From Phycisphaeraceae bacterium (GTDB lineage Bacteria > Planctomycetota > Phycisphaerae > Phycisphaerales > Phycisphaeraceae), in NCBI GenBank assembly GCA_963674705.1, contig OY771506.1, forward strand, positions 3,840,001 to 3,904,000: a DNA stretch of 64,000 nt, read 5' to 3'. How positions within the stretch are numbered: the first letter of the stretch is position 1; the number at the start of each line of letters is the position of its first letter. The translations under genes and the position numbers were made by a program. Under the pieces are notes generated by a model. That model did no database searches, was not told the DNA's origin, and saw only the letters and a program-made list of their open reading frames with translations. Positions 59,238 to 64,000 of the stretch are shown one piece after another.

Positions 59238-59305
59238 CCGCAACCTGTCCCAGCTTCGACGTTCCCCGAGCCTATCTCACCAACCGTGTCGGGTCCGAAC
59301 GGTAT

Positions 59306-59605
59306 TCACACATTGGCCTTCAATTCCGCCTCGGCTTCGAGCCAGTTCGCTTCGTCATGGCCCATCGGCTTGCCCTTGCGCAACCAGATCTCATAAGCAC
59401 GCAGGCTGATCTGTTCGATCGTGGGTTCGAGGGTCGCTGCGGGCTTCTTTGATTTAGCCGACTTCTCAGCTTTTGTTGATTTTGGAGCCTTGGGTTTGAC
59501 CGACTTGGTGGTGATCTTCGGGGTTTTGGTGGTTGATTTGGCTTTCGCGTCCTTGGTCTTGGTCGCGACCTTCGTGGTCGACTTGATGCTGCTCTTGCTT
59601 GCCAT
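59306..59605 (-). CDS. DUF2934 domain protein with Lys/Thr-rich N-terminus
   Basis: ISLRAYEIW..GKPMG....WLEAEAEL. Confidence 0.8.
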   Translation of the reverse strand: MASKSSIKSTTKVATKTKDAKAKSTTKTPKITTKSVKPKAPKSTKAEKSAKSKKPAATLEPTIEQISLRAYEIWLRKGKPMGHDEANWLEAEAELKANV

Positions 59606-59795
59606 GGTACTTCCTATTCCTTTAGGACTAACTGGAGGCGGGGCGGGTATCCATCACCCGCATGGACACCACGCGGGTATCACATGCTTTGAATATAACC
59701 GATTAGCCTCGGTCTGTAATGCCCCTGAAACACGATTACGTCAAAAACTAACCAATAGTTCTGCGCATCGTAGCGCCCGGATTATGGAATTCCAC

Positions 59796-60296
59796 TTATA
59801 CGCTGTGCTTATCCAGAACCTTCAACACATCGGTGGCGTGCCCGGCCACTTTCACCTTGTCCCAGCGATGGGCGACCTTGCCGTCCGGATCGATCAGATA
59901 CGTCGTGCGGACGATGCCCATGTACTTCTTGGCAAACAGTTTTTTCTGCTGCCAGACGCCATACTTGCTCGCCATCTTCTGCTCGGGATCGACCAGCAGG
60001 GGGAAGGGCAGCTCCCGTTTCCGGGCAAACTTCTGGTGGGCAGCCTCGTCATCCGGGCTGATCCCCAGAACGACCGCGCCTCGGTCAAGGAGTTTTTCGT
60101 GATTGTCACGGAAACCGCACGCCTGGATCGTGCAGCCGGGTGTGTTGTCGCGCGGGTAAAAGTAGAGTACGACCCACTGCCCCTTGTAGTCTGAGAGTTT
60201 ATGCGTCTTGCCTTGCTGGTCCTTGAGCGTAAACGAGGGTGCATTTTCCCCGACTTTCACCAGTCCAATATCCGATGCGCTGCTCTGACTTGGCAT
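59796..60296 (-). CDS. bcp: Thioredoxin-dependent thiol peroxidase (BCP)
   Basis: LYFYPRDNTPGCTIQAC, GISPD, RTTYLID. Confidence 0.92.
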   Translation of the reverse strand: MPSQSSASDIGLVKVGENAPSFTLKDQQGKTHKLSDYKGQWVVLYFYPRDNTPGCTIQACGFRDNHEKLLDRGAVVLGISPDDEAAHQKFARKRELPFPLLVDPEQKMASKYGVWQQKKLFAKKYMGIVRTTYLIDPDGKVAHRWDKVKVAGHATDVLKVLDKHSV

Positions 60297-60438
60297 ACTT
60301 CCGTCCTTTTTACCCCACCCGGCTTCTTTTTATTCATCTTACCCATCAATCAGCACATAGTCCGCACAAAATACTCGCCATTCTCCTGTTCTTATGCTTG
60401 CCTGCTCAACCCTAAAACCTCTGTTATCCTTACTGGCC

Positions 60439-61368
60439 ATGACCCAACCCAGCGTAATCAGTATTGGCAAGTACGATGGCGTTCATAAGGGCCATCAGGC
60501 GGTGTTCGCGACCGCCCGGCAGATGGCGGACAAACGAGGCGCCCGCGTCGTCGCGCTGGCGTTCGATCCTCACCCCAATGTCATACTCGACCCGGAGAAC
60601 CAACCACCGAGGCTGTGCCGGACCGAGGAAAAGATCGCAGGGCTGAAGCAGGTCGGCGTCGATGAGGTCGTCATCCTTAAGCCGACACCGGAATTGCTGG
60701 AACAAACTCCGCAGATATTCATTAACAGTGTGATCGAGCAATATCGCCCGATCGCCTTTGTGCAGGGCAAGGACTTCCGCTTCGGCCACGACCGCACCGG
60801 CGACATCTCCATGCTCCTGGACCTCGGCAAAGTCCATGGCTTTGAGGTCGTCACCCAGCCCAGTGTGGACGTCACGTTCTGCGACTTGTCAGTGGTCCAC
60901 GTTCACAGCTCCGTCATCCGCTGGCTGGTCGGTCAGGGGCGGATCGAAGACGCGCACCGATGTCTGGGTGCTCCGTTCAGCCTGAGAAGCGAGGTCGTCA
61001 AAGGCGAGCAGCGCGGCCGGACGATCGGTTTCCCCACGGTGAACCTTGATCTTGACCCGTTGTTCGACCATATGATCCCCGCCGACGGGGTGTATGCCGG
61101 GTACGTCACGATCGATGGATCTCAAGAAAAACACCCCGCAGCGATCAGCGTCGGCACGAAACCCAGCTTCGATACCTTCCAACTGACCGTTGAAGCCCAC
61201 CTGCCCGGGTTTTCCCAAGAACTCTACGGCCAAACCATCACCATGGCATTCACCCGATGGTTGCGAGACCAGATGCGTTTCCCGTCGGTGGATGCGTTGT
61301 GCGAGCAGTTGGCCCGGGATGTCGAACGTGTAAAACAGAATCGTAGCCTGACGCCCGTTACTATTTAG
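60439..61368 (+). CDS. ribF: Bifunctional riboflavin kinase/FAD synthetase
   Basis: DGVHKGH, FDPHP, DFRFG, RGRTIGFPT.N, GVYA, VEAH. Confidence 0.93.
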   Translation: MTQPSVISIGKYDGVHKGHQAVFATARQMADKRGARVVALAFDPHPNVILDPENQPPRLCRTEEKIAGLKQVGVDEVVILKPTPELLEQTPQIFINSVIEQYRPIAFVQGKDFRFGHDRTGDISMLLDLGKVHGFEVVTQPSVDVTFCDLSVVHVHSSVIRWLVGQGRIEDAHRCLGAPFSLRSEVVKGEQRGRTIGFPTVNLDLDPLFDHMIPADGVYAGYVTIDGSQEKHPAAISVGTKPSFDTFQLTVEAHLPGFSQELYGQTITMAFTRWLRDQMRFPSVDALCEQLARDVERVKQNRSLTPVTI

Positions 61369-61453
61369 CACCGGTTCGACGACCCGGTGTCCCCCACGTC
61401 GTCGACGTGGAGCTAAATGCACAGAAGTACCGTTCTTACCCGATATCCGACGT

Positions 61454-62509
61454 ATGCCCGAACACCAAAGCAACACCACTCTCGCTGCCGTCGCCGATCT
61501 GATCCGTAATACCGACGGGACGATCTTTGTCACCGCCCATGCCAAACCTGATGGGGACGCGTTCGGGTCGGTCGTTGCGTTGACGGTGGCGCTGCGGGCA
61601 ATGGGTAAGCAGACGTTCGCCTGCTTCGGGCCGCCTTTGGCCGCGTCGCTGGAGGATCTGAAGGGCAATGATCTGGCGTGTGTGTTGGAAGATGAGTCGC
61701 AGGTGCCATCCTGTGCCCTCTACATCGTGCTGGACACCGGGGCATGGGCACAGGTCGAACACGTTAGGCAAACGCTGGAAGCGAACCTGGATAAGACCCT
61801 GATCATCGACCACCACCTCAGCGGCGACGTGGATGCTGCCACGAAGTACGTCGACGCCGAGGCGGCCGCATGCGCGGAGATCGTCGCTGAACTGCTCGAT
61901 GAACTGGGGCAAACCAAGTGGAGCGACACGATCGCCCAATCGCTTTTCGTTGGGATCGGCTCGGATACCGGCTGGTTCCGCTTCTCCAACACCCGACCAT
62001 TCACCCATCGTCTTGCCGCACGTCTGCTGGAGATGGGCGTTGACAATCCCGACCTCTACGCACGCCTGCATCAGACAGAACGGCCTGAGAAGCTCGCCTT
62101 GATGACACGTGCCTTGGACAGCCTGCAACTGATCGCGGGCGGCAGGGCGGCTGTGATGCACCTGACGAGTAAAGATTTTGAGGAGACCGGCGCCCTCCAG
62201 GAAGAGACCGAGCGTCTGATCGACGTTCCGCAGCAGGTAGCCAGCATCCAGGTCGTAGCGTTGATCACCGAAAGCTCGATCGACACCCCGGAATCACCGG
62301 AATCTCCGGAATCCCCCGGAAATCCGCAGCCGCTGGCTCGGATCAGTTTCCGCAGCAAGCCGGGCCCCAACGCGGTGAACGTGGCGGATCTGGCGGGCAA
62401 GTTCGGTGGTGGGGGCCACGCCCGGGCCGCCGGTGCCAAAGTGTTGGCACCCATCGATCAAGCTGTTGAACAGGTTAACGCCGCTATCAACGACGTCATG
62501 GGTGGTTGA
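61454..62509 (+). CDS. nrnA: DHH/DHHA1 phosphoesterase (nanoRNase/pAp phosphatase)
   Basis: HAKPDGDA, IDHH, SDTG.F, SFRS, GGGHARAAG. Confidence 0.88.
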   Translation: MPEHQSNTTLAAVADLIRNTDGTIFVTAHAKPDGDAFGSVVALTVALRAMGKQTFACFGPPLAASLEDLKGNDLACVLEDESQVPSCALYIVLDTGAWAQVEHVRQTLEANLDKTLIIDHHLSGDVDAATKYVDAEAAACAEIVAELLDELGQTKWSDTIAQSLFVGIGSDTGWFRFSNTRPFTHRLAARLLEMGVDNPDLYARLHQTERPEKLALMTRALDSLQLIAGGRAAVMHLTSKDFEETGALQEETERLIDVPQQVASIQVVALITESSIDTPESPESPESPGNPQPLARISFRSKPGPNAVNVADLAGKFGGGGHARAAGAKVLAPIDQAVEQVNAAINDVMGG

Positions 62510-62726
62510 TTTACATTCATTTCGTTTTTATCAACGGTGTATCAAACGTTTATAGCAATGTTCCAGCGGAATTTTCACCGTTTCGCGCGATCTGTTTTGG
62601 TGGAAAACTTGTCATGAGCCTGTCGAAACCGGTCGCTTGCACGAAAGACCGCGCTTGTCGGTAAAAAATGTGAATTTGGTTAAGGCCAGTAGTTTTAGCT
62701 GCTTAAAGCGAAATGGCAGGTTTTTG

Positions 62727-62773
62727 GCCCAATATTTGGTAAAGAAAACGGTTGCGAACCCAAGATATAGTGT
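62727..62773 (+). promoter_or_regulatory. Tandem NrdR boxes upstream of dcd-nrdJ
   Basis: gcccaatatttggtaa (62727) and acccaagatatagtgt (62758) fit the consensus acaCwAtATaTwGtgt and start 31 bp apart. Confidence 0.75.
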
Positions 62774-63019
62774 AGTAGCATCATCATGGTTGATCGACGG
62801 GCGGTGGTGCCCTGACGTCGACCAACATCCTGGCTCATGTGCTTACGAGGCTTAAAGCCTGCCACGGGAATCGTTCAAACCTGTGCGGGTGGGTGTTCTG
62901 CCGCCTGAATGCATTCTGAGCCTGAGCCGGGATGGGTAGAAGGAATAGTTCTTCCGTCGCATCGGGGTGCGGGCCCCGGAGTAATCGGCGGATTAACCAA
63001 ATCGGCTTGTGTGGGATAA

Positions 63020-63598
63020 GTGACCGTGAGTGTACTTTGTGATTCACAAATCAGGGAGTTGGTGCCTATCGAGCCCTTCGAGGAAAACGATAAGCGCCCC
63101 GGGAAAGTGTCCTTCGGCGTATCGAGCTACGGCTACGACGTACGCGTCGGCACACTCTTCAAGATCTTCACCAACGTCTCGAGCAACGGCGGACAGGCCA
63201 TCGTCGATCCGAAACGGTTCGACGACACCAGCTTCGTCACCGTCGACACGCGCCTGACGGGCAAGGACTACGTGATCATCCCGCCCAATTCGTTTGCGCT
63301 GTGTGAAACCGTCGAGACGTTCAAGATTCCGCGCGATGTGCTGGCGATCTGCGTCGGCAAGAGCACCTACGCCCGCTGCGGCATCATCGTCAACGTCACG
63401 CCCCTCGAACCTGAGTGGCGCGGCAAGGTCACCATCGAAATCAGCAACACCACCCCGCTGCCGGCCAAGATCTATGCCAACGAAGGCATCGCCCAGATGA
63501 TTTTCTTACAGGCCGAACGCACCTGCGCTGTCAGTTACGCAGACAAGAACGGTAAGTATCAGGACCAGTCAGGACTAGTCCTGCCAAGGGTGGATTAA
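63020..63598 (+). CDS. dcd: dCTP deaminase
   Basis: [48 protein letters not shown]. Confidence 0.95.
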   Translation: MTVSVLCDSQIRELVPIEPFEENDKRPGKVSFGVSSYGYDVRVGTLFKIFTNVSSNGGQAIVDPKRFDDTSFVTVDTRLTGKDYVIIPPNSFALCETVETFKIPRDVLAICVGKSTYARCGIIVNVTPLEPEWRGKVTIEISNTTPLPAKIYANEGIAQMIFLQAERTCAVSYADKNGKYQDQSGLVLPRVD

Positions 63599-63786
63599 CA
63601 AAACCATTTGTATCGGGCTGAGACGTGTTTCGGAAAGCCGTCTTGCCCAATTGTCGGCTCAAAGTATTCGTTCGCACCCCTGTTGTTATCGCGGCTCATT
63701 ATTACACCGCAATTATTCATTCCGTTATTTCGCGTTGAAAAACGCACAATCGGCTACGGAAGGCCAGACAAGGAAGTTAAAGAAGC

Positions 63787-64000
63787 ATGAAGATCGAACG
63801 TCGTTACACCAAGAAAGGCACGGACGTATTCTCGACGGTTCAGTGGACCAAAAAGTCGAGCAGGATCGCAAACCTGGATGGTTCGGTCGTGTTCGAGATG
63901 AATGACGCTGAGGTCCCCGCCGGCTGGTCGCAGTTGGCGACGGACATCATGGTCAGCAAATACTTCAGGAAGGCAGGGGTGCCTCAAACCGGAGACGATG
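63787..64000 (+). CDS. nrdJ: Class II (B12-dependent) ribonucleotide reductase, 5' part
   Basis: Manual translation MKIERRYTK...DGSVVFEMNDAEVPAGWSQLATDIMVSKYFRKAGVP; runs off window end. Confidence 0.9.
   Translation, partial: MKIERRYTKKGTDVFSTVQWTKKSSRIANLDGSVVFEMNDAEVPAGWSQLATDIMVSKYFRKAGVPQTGDD

Overview
A GC-rich bacterial chromosomal segment. Gene content suggests a planctomycete, probably Phycisphaerae; this is inferred from PEP-CTERM/dockerin-like proteins, a DUF1559-type prepilin and a CxxCxYxLxGL zinc-ribbon membrane protein. Housekeeping genes (pfkA, cimA, ctaA/ctaB, miaB, manA, ispG, clpS, tRNA-Ala, ggt, metH, uppP, nadK, rpmH, rnc, bcp, ribF, nrnA, dcd, nrdJ) are interleaved with surface-protein genes, an accessory block at about 44.2-53.4 kb, and several families of empty palindromic or heptamer repeats. 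Signals missed by the ORF track: (1) a complete isoleucine-sensing leader-peptide attenuator (MNEAAAIIIEIIKTSPR plus terminator and antiterminator) upstream of citramalate synthase; (2) tandem NrdR boxes and a structured 5' leader upstream of dcd-nrdJ; (3) a portable dockerin-like/PEP-CTERM tail on unrelated proteins; (4) a sulfotransferase gene bracketed by 83-bp direct repeats; (5) a circularly permuted SpoIVB-like protease paired with a large secreted protein; (6) a nonsense-interrupted SGNH/nucleoside-hydrolase fusion. No CRISPR array, rRNA, integrase or transposase was seen. All calls come from manual motif reading; no searches were run.
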